Virus record (IMG/VR): IMGVR_UViG_3300047160_006395
Coordinates: 39,398-103,397 of that record
Source of the DNA: a virus
DNA length: 64,000 nt
Reading direction: 5' to 3' (one strand)
The notes under the pieces are model-generated. The model was not told the DNA's origin. It did not search any database and was given only the letters and a program-made list of their open reading frames with translations. Shown piece by piece: positions 20,955 through 31,065 of this stretch (position 1 is its first letter; each line of letters opens with the position of its first letter). A program made the position numbers and the translations under genes.

Positions 20955-21548
20955 TTAATTTTCATCGTACTTCCAGACCCACGTCGTCTGCGTGGTTCCA
21001 CCGGGCAAGGCCGAATACGGCACGGTGACCTGGTACACCACCATGTTGCCGAAGTCGTAGGGCGCGGTAAAGGCCATGACGGCTGAGCCGCCCACAGTCA
21101 AAGGACTGGGCGATGGGCCTACGCCATAGGTCCACGCGTCGAGCGGCGTCGCCGGCGTGAGCCCGGCATAATTGGCCGCGAGAAGTTGGGTACCAAGACC
21201 GGTCGAGCCTGTCGCCTGGACATAACCGGTGTTCGAGTTGTTGGTCATCGTGACTTGGCCGATCAACGCAGAGACGCCATTGCCCATGTTGTTGGAAGTC
21301 GATGATGGATACCAGCGCAGGTTGGCGATCTGAGTGGTCGGTAGGTTGCCGCCAGCCTGGATCGTAAGCCGGGTATTCACCCACCAGCTGTAACCAGTGC
21401 CGGAAGCCGGAATCTGAACCGGGCTGGTCGTATCGGCTGTCGTATGTTGGTCCAGTGCATTCGCCCGGGTGTTGATCGTGGTGATGATGCTCTTGGTTAT
21501 GGAACCGGAGGCACCCCACCAACGTGCAATATCAACGCTAGCTGCCAT
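20955..21548 (-). CDS. putative virion structural protein
   Basis: 197 aa; Thr/Gly-rich beta composition; ends WKYDEN; GGGAG RBS. Confidence 0.6.
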   Translation of the reverse strand: MAASVDIARWWGASGSITKSIITTINTRANALDQHTTADTTSPVQIPASGTGYSWWVNTRLTIQAGGNLPTTQIANLRWYPSSTSNNMGNGVSALIGQVTMTNNSNTGYVQATGSTGLGTQLLAANYAGLTPATPLDAWTYGVGPSPSPLTVGGSAVMAFTAPYDFGNMVVYQVTVPYSALPGGTTQTTWVWKYDEN

Positions 21549-21614
21549 GGTGAACTCCCTTTCGTCGGACGACCGTCCGTGTGGACAAGACCAGCCGCTG
21601 ATTCTACGCCAGGA

Positions 21615-22883
21615 CTATATCAGCTGCAAGCCTGGATGGCGTTGACCTTTCAAGGCGACAAGATCGGCATACACGTACTTTAACTCATTCCGCTTGTGCC
21701 AGTCACTCGGGTAGCACTCCCAAACCCGCGCCGCCTCGAAACGGCAACTGATCTCTGGCACATACGCTGCGTAACGCCGATCAGTATAGTACCGGAACGA
21801 GAGATCATTCCAGAAGGAAGCGTGGGTTGGGTCACAGAAGGCCCCCTTGCCGCCCGTGGACGGCGTGCGGCTAATGATCCAGCCGCCAGGTGCCAAACAG
21901 CGCCACAGCTCGTTCATGACGAAAACAACCCGCTCCCTGGGAATATGCTCCAGGAAGTCGGCCGCCCGAAAGATACCGACCGAGTCAGACTCGAATGGCA
22001 GCCCTCGAGCTACGTCGCAGATAACGTCGGCATCTAAAAGATCGACCGACTTATAACCTTCGGGGCAGCCGATCCGGCCACCCAGATCGTACATCGCCAG
22101 TTTGGCTCGCCGGCACCACTCATGGGCCAGCTTCCAGGTATACCTGTTCTGGTTCCGGTGATGAATCTTTTCCAGCGTACCATCACCATGAAAGCTGCGG
22201 AAGCTGTTCTGCGCCTCTGGGTTATCGGCACGATCCCGGTACAGGTAAAGTGCCTTGGAAATGTAATGGAACGGCACCTGGGCCAGATACATCCGGCAGA
22301 TCAGATCGTGGTCGTCACAAACAGGCAGTTCAGGGTCATGACCGCCGACGAGCGCGTAAGCCGCCTTGGTCCAGGCCCTGACATGGTTCGGAGACCAGTA
22401 GATCTGCCGCAGACTGGAAGCAGTCGGCTCGAACGCGCGTGTCGCCATGTACGATCGACCAGCATGCTCGAACGGGTATTCTTCCCATCCCTGCGCTGCG
22501 CCGAAAACATGGCTGCGATGATCGGGCCAGAACTGGACGAAGTCCGAATAAACGAACGCCGGCTGGAATGGGTCGGCTATGGCAGCGGCGATCTCAGCAA
22601 GACAATTGGGTGTCAGGATATCGTCGTGATCCAGCTCAACGATCACGGACCCGGAAGCAAGGTTGCAGAGCTGCCGTTTCAGCCCGCCCACATTTCCAGT
22701 CGTAGTCCAGTCTTCGGGCAGTACACGAACGCGATGCGACGTGGCAATAGCCGTAGGAATCGTGGCGCCACCGTTGGGCAGAAGCAACCAGTCCCAATCA
22801 TCATGAGTCTGGGCTTGCAGACTCGCCCACGCATCACCCAACCAGGTCACATCGTGCGTGGGCGTGATAACGGATATGTGCAT
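21615..22883 (-). CDS. GT2 glycosyltransferase fused to a class I SAM-dependent methyltransferase-like domain
   Basis: ISVITPT...SLQAQT..DW.W, ELDHDD, DDHDL (GT2); DLGG...LPF..DSV...DFLEH...NELWRCLAPGG...DPTH (methyltransferase). Confidence 0.85.
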   Translation of the reverse strand: MHISVITPTHDVTWLGDAWASLQAQTHDDWDWLLLPNGGATIPTAIATSHRVRVLPEDWTTTGNVGGLKRQLCNLASGSVIVELDHDDILTPNCLAEIAAAIADPFQPAFVYSDFVQFWPDHRSHVFGAAQGWEEYPFEHAGRSYMATRAFEPTASSLRQIYWSPNHVRAWTKAAYALVGGHDPELPVCDDHDLICRMYLAQVPFHYISKALYLYRDRADNPEAQNSFRSFHGDGTLEKIHHRNQNRYTWKLAHEWCRRAKLAMYDLGGRIGCPEGYKSVDLLDADVICDVARGLPFESDSVGIFRAADFLEHIPRERVVFVMNELWRCLAPGGWIISRTPSTGGKGAFCDPTHASFWNDLSFRYYTDRRYAAYVPEISCRFEAARVWECYPSDWHKRNELKYVYADLVALKGQRHPGLQLI

Positions 22884-22900
22884 CCAGCGCTCCGCGGGCG

Positions 22901-23338
22901 TTACCGCCGAGCAGTTACTCTTTCAGCCTCTTCCTGGTCGGGCAGTTCAGGCGGAGTAGTACCTGGCTCGAAGTAGACCGGATCGACCATGCCGATCCCA
23001 GTGCCCTTAACGCCGACCATCTGGATCTTGGCGCTGCCGTCATACACGAACTGACCAGGTGTGTAGAGGATGGTCAGGAGACCGGAGGATACGGCCCGCT
23101 CCATCGCCTTGAACTGGCGGTTGCTGGTCTTGACAGCAAGCCGGTCGATGATATTGCCGGCCACCGTCAGCTGCTCTCCAGCGGCCAGCCGCTTGCCGTG
23201 CGGCGGAATAAAGCTGAAGACCGTTTCCATCCCGCTGCTGTTGATAACGGTCGAATAGAGACTGTACTGCGTCGGCGCCGGATTGAGCGGAAACGTGAGG
23301 TTCGGCGGGCTGGAAGGCAGACCCGTACCAGCAGGCAT
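22901..23338 (-). CDS. hypothetical protein (probably virion-associated)
   Basis: 145 aa; AAGGAG RBS; within the head module. Confidence 0.6.
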   Translation of the reverse strand: MPAGTGLPSSPPNLTFPLNPAPTQYSLYSTVINSSGMETVFSFIPPHGKRLAAGEQLTVAGNIIDRLAVKTSNRQFKAMERAVSSGLLTILYTPGQFVYDGSAKIQMVGVKGTGIGMVDPVYFEPGTTPPELPDQEEAERVTARR

Positions 23339-23369
23339 GGTAATAACTCCTTATCCTTGGAACTCGAAC

Positions 23370-23774
23370 TCAGCCTTGTTGCTGAGTCAGGTGTAACTGG
23401 TATGCCAGGGCGGCTGCCCGGACGTAGGGGTTCCTGGTCAGCTCGGCCGCGGCCTGCTTGACCAGACGATCGTTAGCCGGAGCATTGACAGCCCGGGCGC
23501 TGGCCTGTTTGCCCAGAAGAACCTGAAGGCTCTGATGAGCCCCATTCAAGAAGCTGCCTTGAGCACTGGCCTGCTTCTGTTGTTCTTGCTGACCGGCCGC
23601 GAACAAGTCAGCACCCATTTCCAGAAGCTGGACAGCCTCGGCATCGTTGGCCGGAACGATGCCGTAGTCCTGGGCGAGCTTGTTGAAGAACACCGGGGCA
23701 TGGATCTGGCTGTACAAGAAGTCGTACGCCACATCCGGTGCCGGTACTTGAACTTGATCTTGGTTCTCGGGCAT
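23370..23774 (-). CDS. head-associated protein with three KQA motifs
   Basis: 134 aa; QKQAS, GKQAS, VKQAA; GGAGG RBS. Confidence 0.65.
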   Translation of the reverse strand: MPENQDQVQVPAPDVAYDFLYSQIHAPVFFNKLAQDYGIVPANDAEAVQLLEMGADLFAAGQQEQQKQASAQGSFLNGAHQSLQVLLGKQASARAVNAPANDRLVKQAAAELTRNPYVRAAALAYQLHLTQQQG

Positions 23775-23853
23775 GGCGCCCTCCGTGGCTCACGAGGAAG
23801 TTCATGACTAGCGCTAGCTTAGCGAATGGCGAAAGCAAGGGCAAGCCACACAA

Positions 23854-23888
23854 TAGCTAAAAGAAAGAGCCGGATGTAGGCAGCTCTT
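23854..23888 (-). terminator. intrinsic terminator with TTTAGCTA tail
   Basis: AAGAGC/GCTCTT stem followed on the minus strand by TCTTTTAGCTA; directly after the HNH gene. Confidence 0.65.
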
Positions 23889-23913
23889 CATGCTGATACG
23901 CAGCGTAACGGGG

Positions 23914-24636
23914 TCAGGCCAGCTTGCCGTTGGCGTGCTGACGGGCCCGCTCATGCGGACAGTAGCCGTAGCGGCCCTTGGCGTGGTTGCAGTTCGAGCA
24001 CAGCACCTGGAAGCCGGGTGGGTAGTTGTTGGCGATGAGCCACTTGTAGGTGTTTCCTTTACCGATCTTCTTGCGGTGAACTGCCCCGTCGTTGTTGATG
24101 TGGTCGATCTCCAGGAACTCGAAGGTCGACTCGCCGCAGCAGGCGCACTTACCGCCGTAGTGGGTGACGACAGCGCGGCGACGTTTGATGGCGAGCTTCT
24201 GGGCGCGACGGCACTGCTTCGCTGCGCATGCCTCGCCCGTAACCTTACCTGCGACCGCAGGCTCCTTGCCGCACATGACACAGAGACCAGCGGCCTCACG
24301 TTCCGCGTAGTGCTCCTGGATATATCGCTTGTGATCTTCCTTGGTGAGTGGTCGGCGCGCAGCCACAGCAGCAGCTTGCTTGTCGAGGCACTCCTGACAA
24401 CAGGTCTTGCCCTCGACGACCTGCTTGTCCGGGTTGCGGCAGAGCGGACAGATCACGGCCGCCTTGCGGGCCTGATATCTCTTGGCCGCCTGGTCAGAAG
24501 CGATCTTCATGTGGTCCTCGCAACGCCTGTTGCCAGGAACCGCTGGCTTGTTGCACGAGCAGCACAGGCCCTGTGCGGCACGTTCGCGAGCCCGTAGCTT
24601 GTTGGCCTCACGCTGCTCTTCGGGAGTTTTCGCCAT
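23914..24636 (-). CDS. free-standing HNH endonuclease with N-terminal CxxC Zn-finger repeats
   Basis: YGGKCACCGE...LEIDHINNDG...QVLCSNCNHAKG; start chosen at ATG 24636 because of the GAGGTGA RBS. Confidence 0.85.
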   Translation of the reverse strand: MAKTPEEQREANKLRARERAAQGLCCSCNKPAVPGNRRCEDHMKIASDQAAKRYQARKAAVICPLCRNPDKQVVEGKTCCQECLDKQAAAVAARRPLTKEDHKRYIQEHYAEREAAGLCVMCGKEPAVAGKVTGEACAAKQCRRAQKLAIKRRRAVVTHYGGKCACCGESTFEFLEIDHINNDGAVHRKKIGKGNTYKWLIANNYPPGFQVLCSNCNHAKGRYGYCPHERARQHANGKLA

Positions 24637-24690
24637 TGGTGTCACCTCGTGAAACGAGAACAGGGAGGACGGCACGGCGCCGTCTCTCCC

Positions 24691-24721
24691 TGTATATGAC
24701 ACGTTTAAGCAGAAAAGTCAA
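24691..24721 (-). promoter_or_regulatory. putative promoter TTGACT-N15-GTCATATA
   Basis: shares the GTCATAYA box with three other cassette promoters; upstream of the HNH gene. Confidence 0.55.
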
Positions 24722-24733
24722 GAACGATCGTGG

Positions 24734-25678
24734 TTACGCGAAGTCGGCGCGGGCCAGTCCGCCTGTGTGGCCGATCGTCCCACCCATCGTCTCGTAGGCA
24801 AAGAACTCGAGTAAATACGCTTCGCGTTTAATGTACATCGTAGTATCTTCCAATATGTACATTTTGCCTATGAATTTCGGATCAGCATACATGAATATGC
24901 TGTCGTTGGGCACGAGATCGTGCTTGATCGTGATGATCCACCGCTTGTCGAGGAAGTCGGTTTCAGTCCAGCCATTCCGAAGAACGTCCTGGCTGAAGTC
25001 GCCGCCCATCTCATCGCGGCCCCACTTCATGACCTCTTTGATGGTCACGTTGTTGATCAAAACGGTCGCGACTTCGAGTCGCGCGTCGGTACTCGGCATG
25101 ACTTTCAGCGAGTCAAGAACCGAGTCACGAGTGATGCCGCCGTGAATCGTCACCCACTGCGGGATACCCGACCAAGGCACTGCGGTATCGGCGCCAACCA
25201 GCGCGAGCACGGTCGCCCCGATTAGCTTGGAATCTTCCTCCGCTAACATATCCTTAATGGCATTGTCCGAAAGGACTTGCCGAATATCCATGATCCACGT
25301 GCGCAACTCGTCGACGTCCTTGGTGAACCGGGGCGTGACGATGCGGTCGAACGCAACGCGGTAACGCGGGCCGCGGATGTAGACGTTGGTGGGCAACGTC
25401 GCGAATGGGATGGAGATCGCAGCCGGCGAATCCGGTTCTTTGTCCACGATCTTCACCGGTTTGTCAGTATCGACCTGCCGATCCAGCTCGTCGTTGGCGA
25501 TCGGAAGCGGCGGCATGATGCGTCGGGCAAACCCATCTTCACGCATCTTTATGCGGGTAAAGTCATTGACCGCGTCGATGGCGGTCTTGATCATCCCAGG
25601 GTTCGTCAGGTGCGAGAAGAGCGTCTCGTTCATGAGCTGCACTTCGGACCTGGTCATGACGGCGTTGCCGGCTGCCAC
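24734..25678 (-). CDS. major capsid protein (HK97-fold inferred)
   Basis: 314 aa; last gene of the protease-scaffold-decoration block; strong GGAGGAG RBS; MREDGFARRIMPP...EEDSKLI signature. Confidence 0.7.
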   Translation of the reverse strand: MAAGNAVMTRSEVQLMNETLFSHLTNPGMIKTAIDAVNDFTRIKMREDGFARRIMPPLPIANDELDRQVDTDKPVKIVDKEPDSPAAISIPFATLPTNVYIRGPRYRVAFDRIVTPRFTKDVDELRTWIMDIRQVLSDNAIKDMLAEEDSKLIGATVLALVGADTAVPWSGIPQWVTIHGGITRDSVLDSLKVMPSTDARLEVATVLINNVTIKEVMKWGRDEMGGDFSQDVLRNGWTETDFLDKRWIITIKHDLVPNDSIFMYADPKFIGKMYILEDTTMYIKREAYLLEFFAYETMGGTIGHTGGLARADFA

Positions 25679-25734
25679 GTTTATCTCCTCCGTGAATGAA
25701 GGTTATCCTCGACGAACAGTTTGACGGTGGTCTC

Positions 25735-26361
25735 TCAGCCCATGGGCACGTAGACCGGCCAGAACGACACAACCATCACACGGTGATGGTTCTGGTGGCT
25801 GTGGCGGCTGCACACAGCGCAGATCGGAAAAGTTGCACGAGTGACCAGGGCGCCGGAACCGCCTGGCCATGTGGCTGAGGCGAATAGCTTGCCGGCAGCA
25901 GTGAGATCGGTCCCGGTGGTGATCGCCGATTGCGTGGGCGCGGTCATTTGCTGGCCAGGGGTGATAGCACCGACGCCAGCGGCGATGGCCGGGTCGAACT
26001 CGGTCGTTTCCAGCTCATAAGCACCGGTGGCAACGAGGCCCGACATCTTGCCGGTCGGCGCGATGGGGGTCCAGTTGTTGCCGCCATAGTTGTTCACGTC
26101 CAGTTCGTGCGAACCCTGGAGCAGGAAGATTCCCATGTCAGTGGGACCGACGCCGAGCATGAATTCGCCGGCCGCATTGACGTGAACGCAAGTTCCGCCG
26201 TAGACCGGGTCGACATCCACGCCTGGAACAACAGGAGGGCCAGTCTGGGTCGGGCCCGCCAAGAACGCATCGAAGTCGAGCGCAGATTCATCGGGCCACC
26301 CCTTGAGTTCATCAAGGCAGTGCTGAAACATCAGGGTTGGGCCAGTCAGCAGAGTAGCCAT
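25735..26361 (-). CDS. putative capsid decoration/cement protein
   Basis: 208 aa; immediately upstream of the capsid gene; LVATGAYELETTEF segment. Confidence 0.5.
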   Translation of the reverse strand: MATLLTGPTLMFQHCLDELKGWPDESALDFDAFLAGPTQTGPPVVPGVDVDPVYGGTCVHVNAAGEFMLGVGPTDMGIFLLQGSHELDVNNYGGNNWTPIAPTGKMSGLVATGAYELETTEFDPAIAAGVGAITPGQQMTAPTQSAITTGTDLTAAGKLFASATWPGGSGALVTRATFPICAVCSRHSHQNHHRVMVVSFWPVYVPMG

Positions 26362-26405
26362 GTGGTTTATCCTTGCCTCCGTGAAGGTAGTGTGGTTTCC
26401 GTCCC

Positions 26406-26828
26406 TTACCCGTTACCCATGAGCCGCTGACGGAAGATGCGGAAACTCTCGGGCTCTTCTCCATCGCCAAGACGACGCCCCGCGTAGGGGCCTGACCCGG
26501 CGTTGGCTCGCTTCTCGGCGTGGCCGTTGGTGGCCGGTGAACCAAGCGTGAACGAATTGTCGTCCGTCTTGGTTCGCGCGGTCTTGATCAGGATCTGGAG
26601 CGCACGCACAGGATTCTTGAGTGCGTCAAGCGCCGCCTGTTTTTCTTCCGGCTCGATGAGCTTGGCCTTGAGCAGCTCATCGACGGCCGTGGGAATCAGG
26701 TCGGCAGCCTGTTTCTCCATCTCTTCTTGCCGCGAAAGAACCGAGGCCGCCTTCTCTGCCATTGCGGCAGACATATCGACGAACTCGAGAACCTTCTCGG
26801 GCACAGTCTTTGATCGGGCTTGAGCCAT
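26406..26828 (-). CDS. head assembly/scaffold-like protein
   Basis: 140 aa; helical; EKAA, EKQA twice, EKRA; GGAGG RBS. Confidence 0.6.
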   Translation of the reverse strand: MAQARSKTVPEKVLEFVDMSAAMAEKAASVLSRQEEMEKQAADLIPTAVDELLKAKLIEPEEKQAALDALKNPVRALQILIKTARTKTDDNSFTLGSPATNGHAEKRANAGSGPYAGRRLGDGEEPESFRIFRQRLMGNG

Positions 26829-26845
26829 GAATGTATCCTCCGTGA

Positions 26846-28165
26846 TCAGGTGCCGAGAACTTCGGCGAGGTATTGCCGCATTTCGGCCCGAACCTGCTGG
26901 TCGTACGGGGTGCTGGCTACCTTGTAGCCGAGTTTCCCGGAACGCCGCTTGTCCTTGACCGCTTGGGCGATCTTCAGCAAGGTTTCACGTTGATCGGCAG
27001 CAACCTTGGGAGCAGCCGCCGACAGTTCGTCAGGCTGAACGCCCATCTCGTGCATGGCGCCGCTAAGGTTTTCGGTTGGATCGCCGCCGGTATCCGGAGG
27101 GCCAGCAGGTGGCCCGCCGCCGCCATCACCACCACCAGGAACGAGCCCACCCTGCTGAACGGCAGCAACAAGCTGCTGGAGAACCTCGGGCGGCAACTGA
27201 GCGAGGATCTCCATCGGGTCTTGACCGCCGCCATCACCCTGACCAGGAGCGCCAGGAACGGAATCGTCGCCGCCAGCAGCCGGATTGGCCCCGGACGAAG
27301 CATCGCCCGGGGCCGAATGATCCTCTGCTTCCGTAGCGGCTGGATCAGCAGCTTGCTTGACGGTCTTGGCATAAGCATCGATGAACTCAGCAAGACCGTC
27401 AGCTTGCATCTGGGCTTCTTTGATGATGGTTTCGACCATCGCGGAGATCTGGGCGTCGGTACCGCCGTCATCCAGCCCCAAGGCCGCAGCCAGCTTGTAA
27501 CCGGCAGCAGCCGCGGCTTTGGTTTCTTCATCAGGGGGCGCTGGCGCCGGTTCTGGTTTCCCCGGCTCAAGGTTGCTCACCGTGCTGGCCGGCTTCTCGG
27601 GAGTGGCCTTATGCCCACCACCCTGACCGGGAGCGCCGGCGACACAGCTGTCGCCCATAGCCCGCTTCTCGCCACCGAGTTTGCCCTGCCCCAGATCGGC
27701 CATCAGTTCATTACCGAGATTGCCGATCGCGGCGGCTAGTTTCCGGAAGTCCCATTCACCGTACTTCTCACCATCATCGGCCTTCATAACCGACGTGGTG
27801 CCGGGATCATCCTTGTCACCCTTGAAGTCATCCTCAACAGCTGGGTCCTCACCAGTCGGAGCATGCTTGACCCCGATCTGGGTCTCGTACTGCATCTGAC
27901 CCTTGGGATCGCCGGCGTTCTCAACCGATGGCGCACCAATCTCTTCCTTGACGTCGCTCGTATTCTCTTTGAACCGCGCGCCTTCCTGAAGTTTGATAAG
28001 GCCGTCATCGACATCCTTGGACGGATGCGTCGTCGGGCCACCGCGTGAGCCGGGCTCACTTAGCGGTTCAGCCTGCTTCTCCATGTCGATCTCGTCGAAG
28101 AACGAGCGAAGGCTGGAGAAGACAGCGTTTCTTGGCGTTTTCAAGGTCGACATGAGTGGGGTCAC
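26846..28165 (-). CDS. putative scaffold protein
   Basis: 439 aa; acidic and low-complexity with about 10 K-x-A motifs; between protease and capsid genes; the start may be ATG 28153. Confidence 0.55.
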   Translation of the reverse strand: MTPLMSTLKTPRNAVFSSLRSFFDEIDMEKQAEPLSEPGSRGGPTTHPSKDVDDGLIKLQEGARFKENTSDVKEEIGAPSVENAGDPKGQMQYETQIGVKHAPTGEDPAVEDDFKGDKDDPGTTSVMKADDGEKYGEWDFRKLAAAIGNLGNELMADLGQGKLGGEKRAMGDSCVAGAPGQGGGHKATPEKPASTVSNLEPGKPEPAPAPPDEETKAAAAAGYKLAAALGLDDGGTDAQISAMVETIIKEAQMQADGLAEFIDAYAKTVKQAADPAATEAEDHSAPGDASSGANPAAGGDDSVPGAPGQGDGGGQDPMEILAQLPPEVLQQLVAAVQQGGLVPGGGDGGGGPPAGPPDTGGDPTENLSGAMHEMGVQPDELSAAAPKVAADQRETLLKIAQAVKDKRRSGKLGYKVASTPYDQQVRAEMRQYLAEVLGT

Positions 28166-28208
28166 TCCTTTGACCGATGCGTCGCAGCCGTGCCCAAGTA
28201 TCTCTGAC

Positions 28209-29708
28209 TCAGGATACGTAGTTCTGTCGCACCAGTAAAGTGGATGTCAAGGGGAAAGTCCGTTCGTCGGTCGCCCGAAGCGCCGACGCTAATGCCAGTT
28301 TATAGAATGCGTACTGTCTGGCAAGCCTTTCAGCACCGCCCATATCAGACGCCTGCTTGAGCATTTCCTCACCCTGGCCGCGATGTCGCGGCAAAGGCAA
28401 ACTGCGGATCGCATGTAGGTGAACGCGGTCCTGAATACTTTTCGGGTGCAGCCCGTGTGCCGAAGCGAGCTTGGACGCCCAGGTCTGCATGGCCAGAGGC
28501 GGGGCAACCGCATGGCCATTGAAAACATAGATACTATCCCGCACCTGGGTATCCAGGGTCGGACTTCTGGTAAGCCTACCATAGATGCCCGGCAATTGCG
28601 CGGCTACATCTTCATAGGCATCTTCAGCCTGCTTCTCATCCCCGGCCACCAGAACCAGGAAGTCGCGAAGGGGCAACGCGATCTTCTCATGCGCAAGGGC
28701 CCCAAGCATGTGTTCGAGGCGGTTCCTGGTGTGCAGATCATCCGGGAAGTCCCGGACCGGCTCCTGTACCGCAACATCGAAAGCGCGATCGTTGTTACTT
28801 GAGCCTTCGCCCTCCACACGGCGCTCAACTTCAGCCAGTAGTTGAGCCGTCTTGACATGCTGGGTAACCCAGCTCGGCATGAACGGATCAACCATCAACT
28901 CGAGTGGCATCGTCAAGCCGATCTCTTCGGCCAGGGCAGCGCCACCCAAACCAACAACCCGGCCACCAGCGGCAGCCGCCTTTTCGAGACGGCCCAGGCT
29001 CCAGGCAATCCGGTCAGCCGGCTTGTGAACGTGCGAGTCATCAAACCAGATCGGGTTAGGATTCCTGGCATGAAGCATGTGGCCGTCATCGAACGTGCGG
29101 CCGATATTGTCTTTCAGTCCGCCGTACTTGCACAGAGCACCGTCGCAATACTCGCTGCGGGTTCTGGCCTTGTTGCCGCAGCCCGAGCAGATATCGTGAG
29201 CTACCTTGCAGGCCATGGATGTAGGGATATCCTTGCCCGCTTCTAGTAGCTCTATTTCCTTGTCAGCCACCAGGCCGCCATTAGCCTTGGCGGCTTTTTC
29301 ACTACCGTTCAGGCCAGCCAGCAACTCGATCCGCTTCATGGGCTCGTTGAAGGCCGTGTCCAGAAAACGCCCATAGCTCCGATCAGGATCCTTGTTGATG
29401 TGATTCCTGTAGAACCGGCCGAATTTCTGGAAGGTTCCGTGATGCGTCCGACACTCCTTGCGATCGAAGCCATCGCCATTGCGGTTCGGACCATAGTCTT
29501 CGGTGGCGCCCAGGCCGATGATATGCACCGGGACTTCATCTTCAGCCAGCTTGATGTGCCGGAGTCGGTCGGTAAACTCCACTCCAGCTCGCTTCTCGAG
29601 CACTGAACGGTCATTGGGCCCAAGCCGTCCATTGCGGCGGAGCCGGACCAATACCACGGTCGGTTCACCAAAGTCATAAGCGTTGATGCCGGAGCACTTG
29701 AGCATCAT
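28209..29708 (-). CDS. putative prohead (capsid maturation) protease
   Basis: NRNGDGF...FYRNH...TSMACKV..DICSGCGN...C pattern of phage prohead proteases with a Zn ribbon; synteny. Confidence 0.65.
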   Translation of the reverse strand: MMLKCSGINAYDFGEPTVVLVRLRRNGRLGPNDRSVLEKRAGVEFTDRLRHIKLAEDEVPVHIIGLGATEDYGPNRNGDGFDRKECRTHHGTFQKFGRFYRNHINKDPDRSYGRFLDTAFNEPMKRIELLAGLNGSEKAAKANGGLVADKEIELLEAGKDIPTSMACKVAHDICSGCGNKARTRSEYCDGALCKYGGLKDNIGRTFDDGHMLHARNPNPIWFDDSHVHKPADRIAWSLGRLEKAAAAGGRVVGLGGAALAEEIGLTMPLELMVDPFMPSWVTQHVKTAQLLAEVERRVEGEGSSNNDRAFDVAVQEPVRDFPDDLHTRNRLEHMLGALAHEKIALPLRDFLVLVAGDEKQAEDAYEDVAAQLPGIYGRLTRSPTLDTQVRDSIYVFNGHAVAPPLAMQTWASKLASAHGLHPKSIQDRVHLHAIRSLPLPRHRGQGEEMLKQASDMGGAERLARQYAFYKLALASALRATDERTFPLTSTLLVRQNYVS

Positions 29709-29709
29709 G

Positions 29710-31065
29710 TCAGTCGCTCGTCAGGTTACGCCAGATCTGAGGTACGTAAGGTAGCAAGTGCGGCAAAGCGTATAAGCCTGCTCGACCTGCGCTCCCACGA
29801 ATCTTTCCCCATCTGCCTGGACCAACTCCCGCCTTGAGATCAGCCGCGAATCCTTGCTGGCCCTTCAGTCCCAGCCTACTGATGTCCGCCGCAGTCATCG
29901 CTGGTTCTGTTACTGTCCCCGCCGTAGTGTGAGTGCCGCCGCCACGACCAGTCCTGGTGATCGTTGTCTGGGGAATTCCTTCTACACCACCAAGATCCAC
30001 CCCGGGAATGACCGACGGTGAAACACGTCGTGGGCCAGTGCTGGGTGTATTACGACCGGCTTGAATATCTTGTAACTCACGACCCAATCTGGCTTCATTC
30101 AATCTCCGGAATGGGTTCCAACCTCCTCGAAGCGGTATGCCAAACCTCGTTTCACCAAGACTTGGTTCAACATCCGTCAGATATCGCTTGAATCGCAAAG
30201 CCCCGGGATCGGATGAAGGCTTTTCAGGTGTAGGCGATATATCACGCATAGGATCTTGTCTGAACTGCGGTTGATACCCAGGATCACCAGGATTGCCCAC
30301 AGCCGGAATAGGCGGTTGCGGGGTTTCCTTGATCTTGTTAATAGCCGGCGTACCCAGGCTGGGATCAATTCCTTGAACACCCCGCTGTATATCCCGGAAC
30401 AACTGCCCCGGGGCCGTCCTATGGAGATACGCACCCTGAAGCCCGCCAACTCCGGCATGGTACGCAGCCGTGAGCGGGTTCTCCAAACCGGCGCGTATGC
30501 CGCCACGAGCTATCGCGCCAAAAGGCTGCGCAACTCCCTGCCCGATCAGCCCAACAGTAGAAGGCTCTGCCGCAGCGCGGTCGAGCGCGCTCTGCAAGGC
30601 TGGCGGGGGTTCACCGGCGCTGATCGAAGGTGCTGCTGCCCAGGGATTGAGTCGGTAGTGAAGTTTTGCCCAGGGCCCCCACTTCTGGTAAGCCTCAGCC
30701 TGCTGCTTATCCAGCGCTGTGGTCGCTGGCATCGTGTCAGCCCAGTGCTTGAGCCCCTGGTACGCGATGGGCAGAGTACCACCCAGAGTACCACCCAGAA
30801 GGGCACCGGTAAGCGCTGACGTCAGCGGGTTCTTCTTTCGCTTGGAGAACAATCCCATTCCGAGCCCACCTAGCCCGCCCACGCCAGCACCAATGGCGGC
30901 GTGCGTCAGAGCCTGTGATAGATCTGGCGTCCAGGATGGCGGCGCAGGCTGAGCCGTCTTGATGAATCCGCCTACAACACGGCTGGCAACAGCCGTGCGA
31001 GCCAGGAAGTCAGCGGCTTCCGCTGGATTCCTAGACAGCCAGTACGCTGGTTGGCGATGATCCAC
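29710..31065 (-). CDS. putative internal virion protein with glycine-zipper segments
   Basis: 451 aa; IKTA then GAGVGGLGGLG and GALLGGTLGG. Confidence 0.6.
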   Translation of the reverse strand: MDHRQPAYWLSRNPAEAADFLARTAVASRVVGGFIKTAQPAPPSWTPDLSQALTHAAIGAGVGGLGGLGMGLFSKRKKNPLTSALTGALLGGTLGGTLPIAYQGLKHWADTMPATTALDKQQAEAYQKWGPWAKLHYRLNPWAAAPSISAGEPPPALQSALDRAAAEPSTVGLIGQGVAQPFGAIARGGIRAGLENPLTAAYHAGVGGLQGAYLHRTAPGQLFRDIQRGVQGIDPSLGTPAINKIKETPQPPIPAVGNPGDPGYQPQFRQDPMRDISPTPEKPSSDPGALRFKRYLTDVEPSLGETRFGIPLRGGWNPFRRLNEARLGRELQDIQAGRNTPSTGPRRVSPSVIPGVDLGGVEGIPQTTITRTGRGGGTHTTAGTVTEPAMTAADISRLGLKGQQGFAADLKAGVGPGRWGKIRGSAGRAGLYALPHLLPYVPQIWRNLTSD

